A DNA stretch of 64,000 nt from Camelus ferus. Taxonomy: Eukaryota. The stretch's first letter is position 1, and each line of letters opens with the position of its first letter. A model generated the notes under the pieces. The model was not told the DNA's origin, ran no database searches, and worked only from the letters and a program-made list of their open reading frames with translations. Location: NCBI RefSeq assembly GCF_009834535.1, contig NC_045697.1:114268001-114332000 (forward strand), read 5' to 3'. Below are positions 26,566-39,477 of the stretch, in pieces. Position numbers and translations under genes: made by a program.

Positions 26566-27996
26566 GTATCTGTTATAAACAACAGCTGTACCTATTTATT
26601 ACTAAAAAAAACTTGACATTATTTTTAAATCTAAAAATCCTACAAAGTTTTATATAATTTTATGACTGTTTATTGTGCATTTCCATAGAATATGAATGCC
26701 TTGACTACAGTCCTTTTATTTTTGTTTTCTTTGGATGTCCAGCAACCACCTCAATGTCTGGACTTGCCAGGAAACTTATAATTTGGGAAATGAACAACGT
26801 ATTAGTAGAGAGTGTTACGATGATCATATTACTTGATTTGATCAGATTTAGAGTGTGACAACCCAAACTGTATCTCCTCCCCTGAAATTTCAAATATTGG
26901 TTAAAATATGTTCATCATTTAAATTCCGTTTCCCATGTTCTTATCCTCTCATCACTGATGGACCCAGGTCAGGTCCCCCAAACTCCATCCTTCTCCCCAT
27001 CAGTCAAATATGAAAGGACATGCTGGTCCAAGGTCAAATACAGAAATTCCAGATAGGGCTGTGGGATGTCCTGTTCTGCTTTCCCCACTCTTTGATCACA
27101 GTGTCTCCCTTTTCTCAATGCAGACACATGCACGCACATATTTGAAGGCTCCTCTTTGGCAGTTTTCACCGACATCCAAATTGCTCCCTACTGCTCTGGA
27201 TTTATCTCTCTCTCTTGTCAGTGATGTCCTTGCTATTATGGAAACATATCATTCTTCTTTACTGAGAACAAGATAATGCAAAATTGACTTAATCGGTGGC
27301 ACAAAGTTTACATTTTGTGGTAAGAAAGAAGTTCTTGACAGGATTGCTAAACACTAAAATTGCTGAACAACAGTAGTTATTTCACAGTCTTAAAAAATAA
27401 GATAGTTTCCCATCGTTCTGGCAGAGATTGTTTTCCATCTTGTCTTGAAAGTTAATGAGACTTCAAATATTGTTTTTCACCCTCATGCTTCTCAGATACA
27501 TATTTAAAAATCTTCAGAAACCTTCTTTAAAATTATAGATTCTGTTAAAGCCTCATTGTCAAAATGAACCACAATTGTAATGTTAGCTTTTTCCTTAAAA
27601 TGTTGTAAAAATTCTTAGCTAATATAATACCTACTTTTTCATTTTGAAATTATATCCTGCACCTGTCTTTTCTGTAGTATGTTTTATATCAATTTACTAT
27701 CTGTAGTATGCATTTCAATTCAATGCATCATTTATAAAGACATCGGCATGGAGACCACTGGAAGAAAAATTCTTCGTAAAATAATCATGTAACAATATTA
27801 GAGAAATTGCGGTTACTTTCAAAGATATTAAGCCAAACAGTTATTTCTATTATCTCTGCGGTTCCCAGGATTCCGCTGGTTATTTTATGGGAGATGCTGA
27901 AAATATGGAATGCATTGTTACTTCAATAAGTTCATACTTTTGTTGTGAAAGTGATATTTTCAAGGTTAAAACTTCAAGATAAAAAATGCAAACATA

Positions 27997-28044
27997 CCGA
28001 AATTGACACAACGTTGTAAACTCATTATACTTCAAAAAAAAAAA
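27997..28044 (+). mobile_element. Ultra-truncated L1 (37 nt plus A11) with TSD
   Basis: 'gaaattgacacaacgttgtaaactcattatacttc' plus poly(A), flanked by gcaaacata at 27988-27996 and 28045-28053. Confidence 0.9.
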
Positions 28045-28269
28045 GCAAACATATATCATGTTAAGCTCCAAGTGCTCTAAAGGAGAGAGAGAGAAATATC
28101 AGAAAAATTAGGTAAAGACTTTTGGAAGAATACAAATATGAGCTTAGCATCATTAAAAATAGGATCAAGAAAAAAATGTAAACACACATACACATACATA
28201 CACACAACTTCTTCAAAAGAGATCCAAATCTAAAAAACATACTTCCAGTGAAAAACTTGCTGTACTATT

Positions 28270-28430
28270 TTGGAGCCAGATATGTATGGGTTTAAGTGCA
28301 AAATCTAGCACCATCTAACCCTCTGCCTTGGGGCACTGTTTCATCTCCCTGAGCTTCCTGTTCAGAACCTATGAAATCATCACTATAGGAACACACAGTG
28401 TGGAGTTAAACTAAGAAAATGCATTTCAAC
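28270..28430 (+). mobile_element. MIR SINE (degenerate)
   Basis: 'ttggagccaga..gggtttaag..ccttgggg..tctccctgagcttc'. Confidence 0.55.
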
Positions 28431-28718
28431 ACTGGAGCTAATTGAAGCTGTCATGTTTTCCTAAGTCCTTCACAGAACCAATGACGTTGGCACAGAGAAA
28501 ACACACAGCATATATACGCTGTTATTAGATTCGGTACAAATGAAAAATGTCTACCCTCCCATGAAAATAGCCCATTCTTTTTTTCACCTTGTGCGAGTGA
28601 TAAAGTATGCAAAGTAGATATATGACACTGATGTACAAAGTATGTTGTCTGCTAGATGTCTACTCTAAACATTAATAAAATCCGTGATTCCTTTTTGATG
28701 ATATTGCTTTGAAAATAA

Positions 28719-28937
<219 letters not shown>

Positions 28938-30574
28938 TGATTAAATTAACATGCTTATTTAAGTAGAGCACATACAATATATTTACATTTGTGTGAATTT
29001 ACTCTATATTGATAAAATCTATGTTTTATCTATATTATTTAAGTGTAGACATAAAATATTTTACAAGAAAACATTGATTACTCTATCAGCTGTATTAATT
29101 TTAAATTACATTTATATGCTCTCGTACAGTTTAAGAGAGATGTCTACTTTTAATATACCTTAAATATCTAAAGGAATTACCAGTTCTCTGTCTTATAGGA
29201 TTTATAAGATATTTCCAAATATTTTCTGGGGCTTCTGTAAAGTTTAATTTTCTATCAGTCAACAGAAACTTGTCTATCTGGTATTCAAGGGCAGTTGAGT
29301 ATATCTATAACATAATGTAAATATGTGATTTAAGAAGGTATTAAATCACTCACATATTTTAGTACTTTTTCAATAATCAAAGATCAATTATAATATATCA
29401 AATCTGGTTTTAATATGAAGTCCACATTATTCAATTTTGTTTCTTTGAAATTTGTCACCAAAAGTTTTTTTTTTACATATTAAAAACTCATTATTAAAGA
29501 GAATATTTTAATATTCAAAAAATCTCTATGTGAGCCACTTTGGAAAAAATAGAAAATTTTTATGTGTGTATTATTGAGATAGACAGACTCCTCTGAAGGA
29601 AACTGTAATCCCCAGATTTAAGAATCTAAACTAGTTGTAGAAATGTAAAATAAGGGACATAAGATTTGTCCAAAAACATACATAGGTTTTAGGGAGCAAT
29701 GGAGAGAACCACACAATCTCGGGTGACTAGGAAGACGGTGGTAGCATGAGGAATTTTGCTGACTTCTTGATGATTTCCAAAATGTATCTTAAGATGGGTT
29801 TTGCTGTCATGCTTAGCAGGGAATATCATTTTCCAGAAAGACTCAGTTGTCTATTTCCACAACATCATGCCATTCAACCTTTATAACTAATTCTATCGCT
29901 TATTTATAAAATGCAGCAGTATGGAATATTGGTCTTATTATACAAGTATTTCTATGCTTTGGAATAGTGTAACTTAGTATGGAGGCTTCATATAATGTGA
30001 CCTTGTGACAAAGTTGAGTACAGTTTTCGTCAATCCAGTTAATGAAAATATCCATCATTTTCATTATCTTTTTTAATTCAACCTACATTTATTTAGTAGT
30101 TACTAAGTCCCAGGCAATGGGATTTATGGAATTAAACTCTGGAATTTGAGGGTAAAATGAGAAAAATTTTATTTAAGATATCTATTTTGTTCTATTTCTC
30201 CTAATTTAGTTTTCAGGAATGAAACTCTTTAGAATTTTATATCTGTAGTAATAAGAAGAGATGACTAGTTAATTCAGGAAAAGTGAGTTTATAATTAAGG
30301 CATGTCACCTTGCTCTATGTGTGTCTGACATATTAGAATGTATTGGAGTTTTGTTTTTGTTTCTTACTTTTTTATTTTTTTAATAATTTTTAGTCTTTAT
30401 TAACCTGTCTACACTGCTGTAACCACTGGTTGGGTATGACACATGATCTGTCTGAGTCTAATTATTGTCATATTATCCACTTCTGAATCCAAAGGAAAAA
30501 AATCCAAATCACTAGAAAACAGCAGTATCAGCATTTCACCTACGCAAGTGTCAAGATTCTGCTACATCCAAGTT

Positions 30575-31393
30575 TATATTAGTTCCTAGGGTGGCGGGAA
30601 AAAAACATCGCACACTGGGGGCACACCAACCTCGCTCTCGGTTCTGGAGGCTCAGGGTCTGAGATCGAGGTCTTGGCCCATCCACGCTCCCTCCGAAGCC
30701 TCAGAGGAGGAGTATCTTCTTGCCTCTTTCAGCTTCTGGCAGCACTGGGCATCCTTGGCTTTAGACGCCTCACTCCAGTCTCTGCCTCTGTGGTCACACA
30801 GCTTCTCTCTGTGTAGTTGTCTTCACATCATCTTGTATCTTCTTTTTAAGAGACTATCAGGTTTCTTTGAAAAAAAAAAAAAAAAGGGAGAGAGAGAGAG
30901 AGAGAGAGAGATGTCTAGGAAAGCAAATCTCTGCCACTGAAACCTGGAGCTTGGCCCCAAGATGGAGTCTCACCAGCAGAGGCTCGATCAAAAAAGTATG
31001 TCCCAATCGGCTCTCTCTCCTCCAATAAACCTGTGTCAGCTCAGGAAGGAGGGACGTATCGTCAGCAGGAATAACGACGTGAAGTGAAAAGAACCTGAGA
31101 TGTTGATCTTTGCTTGACACAAACCCTCATCATTTTTCTAATTGGCACTTTTTCTTGGGTTTCCCATTTTTTCCCAATGGTGTGGTCAGCTGTGTCTGGG
31201 CCACCTCCATGTGCATTGTGGTTTCCTAGTTCACATTCTTTTTAAGACATCACTCGTATTGGAGTAAGGGTGCACCCTCCTCCAGCAGACCCTCATCTTA
31301 TATTCTCTAATGACGTTTTCAAGGACCCTATTTCCAAAAAAGCTTACATTCTGAGGTACTTAGGGTTAAGGCTTTAAAATGTCATTTGGGAGA
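30575..31393 (-). mobile_element. MLT1B/C MaLR LTR split by an unidentified ~375-nt insert
   Basis: 'gttctggaggct..tctgagatcgagg..cttcttgcctctttcagcttctgg' then 'tattgga..ccctcatctta..ctatttccaaa..acattctgaggtact..caacccaaaata'. Confidence 0.8.
30869..30911 (+). repeat. A17 plus (GA)n tract
   Basis: Direct reading. Confidence 0.95.
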
Positions 31394-32679
31394 AGACAAC
31401 TCAACCCAAAATAAAATCACCTGCTATAAAGTTTAGGTTAGTTTTCTCTGCTCCCTTTGATCTGGACTCACTGTTACATCTGAAAATTGCCCTTCCAGTT
31501 CATCTGAAAGTTATGAGGCAAGAGCCGAAAGGATCATCAGAATCCCATTTATATCTTGGCCATCCCTGAGGTACCTACAAGGGGGGACCAGGGAAGGTGA
31601 TGTTTATAAACTTCTGCATACATCCCACAGAAGTCAGTACCTCGCCTTCAACAGTAATAGTGGAAAATTTAATATCTCTTTTGTCAGCAGTTAATGAAAT
31701 TTAAAAAACCCAGAAGACTATAACAGGCACTCTGGAAAAGATGTAATATATTTCTAGCACAAATATTGTGTTGGATTTGTGTATTTTTAGGTTACAGGTG
31801 CATTTTAAGCACCTATATGCCAAGCAGTATAACCAATAATACATCTGACCTTAATAATAAACTTGGAAATATATGATCTCATAATTTAAGATCAAATTTG
31901 AAAATAATTTAAATTGAAAGAGTAAAAGGGAAAGAACCATAATGGTGTCTGTTAATAATTTACAAGGTCTTATTAGCAGAAATGTGATGTGTAACTCTAA
32001 GATACTGCCAGTGACAAGTAAAAATTAAAGAACATAATTTGGCCTTGAGGTTTTATAAATGCAGCATGAAAGCTGGCTGCACACATTTTATTTTTACTCC
32101 ACATAATGGCTATGTATTCTAAAGCTTCTCTTGCAGATTTTCAAGGAAATTAGAACCTAGAGGCCTTTCTAGATGAGAAGAAAGACATAATAAAAAGCAA
32201 TAGAAAGGGGGTAAGACCTCCAGTATCACAGTTAACAGCTTGTCACAGCGAGAAAGTATTTGCTAAGATGAGCTGACCCGTCAGGGAAATAGATCTCATT
32301 CGACCCACTGCTTCCGCCCATTAATGTGAACGTCAACACCTGTGCGTTTAGTCTTTCAGCTGGAGGCTGATTTTTGTACGTTGAGAATATCCAACTATAA
32401 AGTGCAAACGTATCACAAAGCAAAACTGGAGTTTCAAAGGCATCATGTTTTATGAAGTTGATACAATGTTAGAATGCTGGTCGATTTGACAATTGAGGGT
32501 CTGGAAGAGTTAAAACAGGTAATAACTGAAGAAGAGAAGTCAACAAAGATGAAGATGGGATACGCATTTCAAAAATCAAAAGCGAGTAATTTCTCAAATA
32601 GCAAAGGCGTGAACGGCACTACCCCCATGAAGTCCTCGAATATTTTTCAAAAAGGACCGTTTTTATGACCACATCGTAT

Positions 32680-32910
32680 TAGTTAAGAACTTTGATTCTA
32701 GAATCTGGGTTCAAATCCCATCTCTACTGCTTAACTACCTGTGTGACCTTTGGCAAGTTGCCTGACCTCTGTGTCTCAGTTTCCTTTTCTAAATATTAGC
32801 TATGATAATAGTACCTAGGATGTAATTTGGATGTGATATCAATATTATTTAGAATATGTAAGTTTCTTAGATACGGGGCTAGCACATAGAAAACATGATG
32901 TCATTGCTAG
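32680..32910 (+). mobile_element. MIR SINE
   Basis: 'ctgggttcaaatccca..tgtgtgacctttggcaagttgcctgacctctgtgtctcagtttcct'. Confidence 0.88.
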
Positions 32911-33798
32911 CTTTAATTGTATTTTCACATTTAAGTTTCCTGTGGATACTGTGATATTAATAAAAATAAAAGGGGGCACCTGTGCTTGAGTTAGTGAAGG
33001 AGTAACTGATCAGTACTTCCTTCCAGGCTACCCTGTGCATTTTTTAATGTTTAAGGTTGGATGGAAGGTGAGAATGAATCAAATACCATTAATTCACAGC
33101 CATTATAAGCAGAAGTCCACCATATACATTATTAAAGGTCTGGAAAGTTTTAATACCCATTGTATAATGAAAACATTTGCCCTTGCAAAAGATGAAAGAT
33201 GATTTTGGTTATTCCAAGAGATGGGAAAAAATAAACGGTAGCATTTTTTTAATTTGTATTTGGTTTGCCCATCTCGTTTGAAGTATTAATCAACTTAACT
33301 CATATAGTTAGCATGGATGTTATTAAGTCCTGAGTTCTAGCCTAGAGACAAGTACGTATCATTCAATGACTACTGTGATACTGGGCACTTTCCCCAGCGT
33401 ATGCAGTGCCCATGCCTTTACATATGCGATGGTAGATTGAATGGAACTTAAAATAAATACCGCACATATCTTATTTGGAGATGCTGGTATGTACTATACT
33501 GAAATATCTCTACATATCAAAACTATCAAATACTGAATTTCATGCCGGTTTTTCTTGCCCATAAACCCAAGTTATAAGAAATAACTGAAAGCAATGTTTT
33601 GAGTAAGGAAGAAACAATACATTGTAATTGATGATTTTTACAATTTCAGTATTTTAAACATACATAGGTCCTCAGTTACTACTAATAGTGTAGTAATTGA
33701 GTAATAGTGATGATAATAATAGTAGTAACAGTAATAATATTATGATTACATTACCATAACCCAGGTGTCTGGTGTCTCTTTGCATTCATCTTTGAGCT

Positions 33799-33837
33799 AC
33801 ACACGCACACGCACACGCACACGCACACACACACACA
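33799..33837 (+). repeat. (CACACG)n/(CA)n microsatellite
   Basis: Direct reading. Confidence 0.95.
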
Positions 33838-35355
33838 AATCCATTTGCAAAGTGCAACGTGGACTTGGTTGAATGATTGAAGCTGTACCAAGGAGACAGA
33901 GGAGGGGTTTATGTCACACATGACACAAATCCCTGGTTGAAATCCAGTTTAGATGAAGCACTCCGTACACCTTTCCTTTCCTGGTGTTCTGTCCAGAGCC
34001 TGCTTTGCACCTCCTACACCACCAATGAGGTCCCCAAGTCTCTCTCTCAATTTCAAGTCCTTCACTTTCTCTGGGGCTCCCAATTCCTTAGCCTGGGTTA
34101 AGGGATCCAGAAACAACAGGGTTCTGCTCTGGATCCTCCTCCTGAGTGTGTATAATCAAATACATCAGATTTAATAGTTGTCAGCATCTTCCTTTCTTAA
34201 AAACAAAAGGCAAGTTATAGACTATCACAACGCTGATATCAAAAGCCAATATCTGGCACACTCTTTCCTCGGGGGAAATATATCTTCAGTCCTTGACGCT
34301 AGAGGAAATTCCTCTCCTCTGTTTTCTGCCCTAATTTTTACACCCTCACAGCCAGGTGAAGTCCCCTGCCTCTCCCCTTCCTCAGTTGTATATTACGTCC
34401 ATTTTCACCCCTTGGGTGACAATTTCTGCCTCCCCAAAGGATACAGAGTTGGATGAGAAGGGAGAACGGGTTATCTGTCAAGTTAGGTTTTACAGGAAGA
34501 GACCAGATCATCACTCTCTCTTCTCCCATATGAATGTCTTAATTACTGCGACAAAGTTAGTATTTGATTTAGTATTTATTCAATCACATGTAAAGGGGAT
34601 TTTTGGGGGGAGCATGTTTGTTTTTAACTTTCTACCCTCTCTTTATTGACAACAGGTAAATGGACATTTAATTTATTTTGTTCTGGGTGGCCCTGTGTCT
34701 TTTCTTGAATCTGTGCTATATTGTGTGGACCCCATTCAGAATGAGCTTGTAGAACGGAATGGTCTTGGCCAGTAGCCAGGTCTGTGGACTAAAGGCAAAA
34801 TCAGATGTTCTGGCTTTTTCCTAGAACCAAGCTGATGAGGTGTGAAACCTCACTCGTTTGGTGTTCTATTCCCCAGATCTAAACAGGTGTCTGAGACTCA
34901 TCTCTGTGTTCTGAATCTCTCTCTTGTTTCTCCTAAATTGTCTTCTCCAACAGTGAGAATTGCTGTCTCTGGATCTTTGGTGAAATCTGCACTTTACTAG
35001 TCCCTGCTTCAGTGGCATGTGTCCTTGTAGCGATATGCTCCAAATTGGTTTAATGTTCCAATGTACACCTCCTAGGATAACAGCTCACTGCAAAGGCCTC
35101 AACATCCATTAGGAATTTTCTTTATCTGAAACATGTTCACACACCAGGTTTCTCCCCTTGGTGTTGTGTATATGACCAGTGCGGTCAAGCATCTGACTAC
35201 ATGGTCATACATTTGTGGTTCGAAGAACATACGCTATTCCTCAAACAGACTTGTAATGCTTGAAATAGAGATTTCAGGATGAAGTGGCTTAAGGTATCAA
35301 CACGTTTCTCTCGGCAGGTTCATGTGTAGGGAAAGAATGAAGGTTAATGATCATT

Positions 35356-35854
35356 TGTTACAAAAAGAAGCTTCACTCAGAAGGGAGAGCGGCTTAGGAG
35401 ATGCGCACTCCATAGGCAGAATGAGGGCCATCTCAGCAAGGTGAGAGGGAGAGAAGCCGAGAGGTGCGGGGTGTTCAGTTTAAAGTAAAGACACATACAC
35501 ACTCCACAGACAGAGTTCAGGCCGTCTCAGAAGGCCAGAGAGAGGGAGTGACTGAGAGGTGGGGAGTTAGGTTTTATGGGCTCAGTAATTGCATAGGCTA
35601 ATGGTAGGAGGATTATTCCAGCTACTTTGGGGAAGGGGTGAGGATTTACAGGAAACAGCCCCCCCTCCCCCGCTCATTTTTTGACCTTTAACGGTCAGCC
35701 TGGGAACTGTCATGGCCCTGTGGGTGAGTCCTTGAGGCTCAGGGTCTACTGGAAGTCGAATTTTCCGCCATCTTGGTTCTAACCAGTGTGTCCTGTCCTC
35801 ATTGCTGTGTCATTCCTTCAGTGGTTGCCCCCTGCCCTCCTTCCTCCCACTTCA
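35356..35854 (-). mobile_element. ERV1-class LTR (family A, copy 2), with internal tandem duplication
   Basis: 35767-35812 is the exact reverse complement of 16505-16550; YY1-like CCGCCATCTT at 35765-35774; no TSD found. Confidence 0.88.
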
Positions 35855-37204
35855 AAACCACCATAGAATTTAAGTAAGCAAAGTCATTCCCTCGTGATTC
35901 TAGAGTTTAAATAAGTATTGAGTATATTGATTTAGCCTTTTCTTCATTTAGGTTCCATCATCTTAGTAAGCTGATTCGCATTAGGAATGCATGTTAGAAT
36001 GAAATATTTCCCTAATGTGCACATATGCCAACTCTTTATTAAAATAATAAAAAGAACGACTTGTTCTCAGGCTTTAGATTATTGTGTTATATATATTTGA
36101 CTTAAAAAGCCATTTGCTCAATGACTACCATATGTGACTACATTTACCAAATTAAATAAAAAGCAAGAATAAATAACACTAGATATTTTTAGGCTTACAG
36201 GATGGGCATGGCAATGATGTTTCTGCAGACTTTGTACATATCAATTTTCTTTAAAAATGATTAGAATGGTTTTGTACAGAATGCAGAGTTAATCTTTATT
36301 TTGAGTTGATAAAACCTGTTACAGTTTTAAAGACTTTAAAAAAGGTTCTGCCGTCTAGTCAACATATTCATTTACTATGAGATTGGTAAGAATCGTTTTG
36401 TCTCATGGATAAAAAGCTATTTTAGTGGGAACGCACTACATACAAACAAATAAGCACTCGTGTGGATAGAAAAGGAGACAAGTGGGGATTTTCAGGGAAT
36501 GATGCTGTAATGATTAATCCTATTCAACATTGAAAAACCCCATAGACCTACCAGGTATACAAAATAAGGGGGCAGCAGAAGCCAAGTGTTTGACTTAGAA
36601 TGACACTGGCGATGCCAGTAGGTGGGTCCTCCTAGTACTGAGAATTTCAACTGCTGAAGATTTCAGAATCATAATAATAGCCACAATTAGCACTTAAGAG
36701 AGAAAGGGAAGGCCCACAATTGTTGGTGTAGGTGCAGCTCAGAGCTACAATGACTAAATAGTACCTTCAGTTGTATTTGGAAACCTTAGTAACAAGTTTC
36801 AAATATTCCTTTTTTTTTTTTCTTTAATGCCATTCCTAATGTGCATAACTTGAAAATTAAAATTTAGTTTTTGCAAAAATGTTAAACACATTATTTGTAT
36901 CATCTTTCCTTTAGAATGTCAAGGTGCATTTAAAATGTTGGCATTCAAGTTCACATAATCCCTGTGGGCCCTATAGAATGCCTTAAAAGTTGTATCTTCC
37001 CACCGGTGGTTTAAGCTAGTCTTTCAAAATTAATGTTGGCCCTAGTTATTTTTTAAATGTCTTCTAACATGTTAGGCATGTTACAAAACCTAAAAGAGAA
37101 CTTAGAAGATGTGATGATTTTCATAGAATTCCTTTCTTGTAATACACCTGTTGCAGGGAAGCACCAGCTTTGTTTGATTAAACAATTATAATCTGTAATA
37201 TTAT

Positions 37205-37400
37205 TTACTCTCTGTCCTTGCACTTTGTTTACTTTGAAGCACTGTTGACCATCTAATTATCTTGTCTGTGTAATCTTTTGGTGACGTGTTCCCACTTGAC
37301 CTTCCTAGAATATTAACTCCATGGGGCAGACACCGTGTCATTCTTACTTCCTAATGTATCGCCTTCCCCTAGCACTGTTCTTGGCACATGGTGGTTGCCG
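37205..37400 (+). mobile_element. L2 3' end
   Basis: 'ctagaatattaactccatggggcagacac..tgtatc..cctagcactgttcttggcacat'. Confidence 0.7.
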
Positions 37401-37528
37401 AGAAAGGATAGAAAGAGGGAGAGAGGAAGGCAGAGAGGCAGAAGAGGAAAAGAAAGTGGACAAGAGGGTGTTTGGAGGACCAAGTAATGAAGGAGCCAAC
37501 CTATATTAATGTGGGGGAAACTTAAAGC

Positions 37529-38026
37529 TGTTGCAGGAGAAGGAGTCATGAGAGGATGATCACAACTCAGGTTGAGGGTCCTTGGCTCCCTGCAGGTAGG
37601 AATGTAAGAGCGAGCTGTAGTAAAGTGCAAGCAAGTTTATTTAGAGAGATACACATCCATAAACAGAATGTGGTCCATTTCAGAAGGGAGAGTGGCCCTG
37701 GAGTACAGGGTCACAGGTGGTTAGTTTTTATGGGCATGTTATGCCAACAAATAGGAGGATTATTCTGTTTTGGGAAAAGGACAGGGACTTCCAGGAATTT
37801 GGCCATTGCCCACTTTTTGGCCTCTTATGTCAGCTTGGGAACTGTCTTAGTGCCTGTGGGTGTGCCACTTTGCAGCTCATGTATTACAGTAAGCATATCA
37901 AGTTCTACTGGAAGTCAAATCTTCCATCATCTTGGGCCCAGTAGGTTCTAACCAGTTTATGTTGTATCTTCAATTGCTGTGTCATTCTTTTAAAGATTGT
38001 GCCCTGCCTCCTCCCCTCCTGTCTTA
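37529..38026 (-). mobile_element. ERV1-class solo LTR (family A, divergent copy 3)
   Basis: TSD AAGC (37525-37528 and 38027-38030); shares 'ggttctaaccagt', 'tctactggaagtc', 'taggaggattattc' and 'gggaactgtc' with copy 2. Confidence 0.88.
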
Positions 38027-38650
38027 AAGCCAATGCCTGGGGATGTTATTTACTACCAAAGGAGCACGTTTATTTCTTGAGCCTTGGGCTTGGATATAAT
38101 GGATACATTTGCCAAGTAAAGAAGTGAATGTATCTGCCTCTCCTCAACTTCACAAATGTGATGCACTTTCTTTAAAATAGTGGATCCCTGAGCTCTAACT
38201 CTGCTAAGACCATTGTGATTCTGACATGGCCATGATTCATTTGAGAAACATAGTTTGCAAAGAAAGAGGAAGAGCTCAGATTACTTGAACTTATGAGTGG
38301 TATATCCCATGAGTTCATGTGTTCTCCTAATTCACCAAGGAGAGTAAAGAAAAAGACACAAACTGCAAGATTTCTCTCCTCTGTCTCCCTACCCCCCATA
38401 TCAATAGTCTCATCATCACGACCTGACTTGAGACCATCAGAATCAATTGCACCTATTTGATCCCTTTCTTGAGAGTTGGTGTAATAATCTTGAATTTCCA
38501 AGTCATGCTTTAGCCCAGAAATCTAATACCCATTAATCTCTATAAGAAGGGAGACACTCCTTTACGTCTACCTCTGGCACTTTCTATTTCTCTTTCCAGT
38601 TTTATTTATCTTTAGATAAGTTATCATCATTCGAGATACTGTGTATTTTA

Positions 38651-38830
38651 CAAGCATGCCTCTGAGATACTGCAGCTTCCACCCCAGACCACTGCAATAG
38701 AGCAAATATGACAGTAAAGCAAGTCACACAAAGTTTTTTTGTCTCCCAGTGCATATAAAAGATGTGTTTACACTATACAATAGTCTACGAAAATTGTGTC
38801 TAATTTAAATTGTGTCTTAATTAAAAAGAT
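38651..38830. mobile_element. Tigger1 terminal fragment
   Basis: TA|caagcatgcctctgagata..ccagaccactgcaata..cccagtgcatataaaa..tttacactata matches the recalled Tigger1 end. Confidence 0.85.
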
Positions 38831-39053
38831 ACTTTACCAATGAAATTATAAGTGGCCTCCTTGACCAAAGCATCCTAGGATACTTAAATGACAAAAATTC
38901 AGTGATTCTGGCCTTGTCAGGAATCATTAATTCAGATGTAACATACATTTTGAGGCACCTGAAGTGGGAAGTTTTGGAACCAGAGCCAGACAAAATGAAA
39001 CAAATTGCCTACAAGTTTGAATCCCCTGCACCAGAGTGCTTAGTGTGTTACTT

Positions 39054-39056
<3 letters not shown>

Positions 39057-39100
<44 letters not shown>

Positions 39101-39109
39101 TTTTTTTTT
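39057..39109 (+). repeat. (TA)n(CA)14(TA)nT10 compound microsatellite
   Basis: Direct reading. Confidence 0.95.
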
Positions 39110-39352
39110 CTTCCCAACAGTCAAACAATCAGTACTTTAAGGCCATCAAAATGCTGAATATTTGAAGTAATTGTTCCAAGCTGGTTATAAGATCATAGGA
39201 ACGTATCTCCCGCATTTGGAACGCCCCAGACTGTTCCAAATCTCTCACTGGGAAACAAAGGAGAGATTTCACTTGGAAGTGTCTTAAGTAGGCTATTTCA
39301 TTGACCAAAAATGGAATAAAGGAGGAAAACATGTATTTAAAACGTTTCAAAT

Positions 39353-39477
39353 GGGGGTGGGTGCAGCTCAGTGGTAGAGTGTGTGCTTAGCACGCACGAA
39401 GTCCTGGGTTCAATCCCCAGTACCTCTGTTTAAACAACAATGACAAATTACCACCCCCACCAAAAAAACAAACAAAA
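39353..39477 (+). mobile_element. Vic-1-type tRNA-Ala SINE
   Basis: A box cagctcagtgg, B box ggttcaatcc, tail 'aattaccacccc' plus A-rich end. Confidence 0.93.

Noticed and set aside
35356..38026. Provirus bounded by two same-orientation LTRs
   Set aside because: Copy 3 has its own TSD on both sides, the two LTRs are clearly divergent, and the 1.7 kb between is AT-rich host DNA with an L2 end and no PBS.
39353..39430. tRNA-Ala(AGC) gene (also 51340, 40945, 7285)
   Set aside because: Each has the SINE tail and A-rich end, one has a clear TSD, and the stems are mutated. These are Vic-1-type SINEs.
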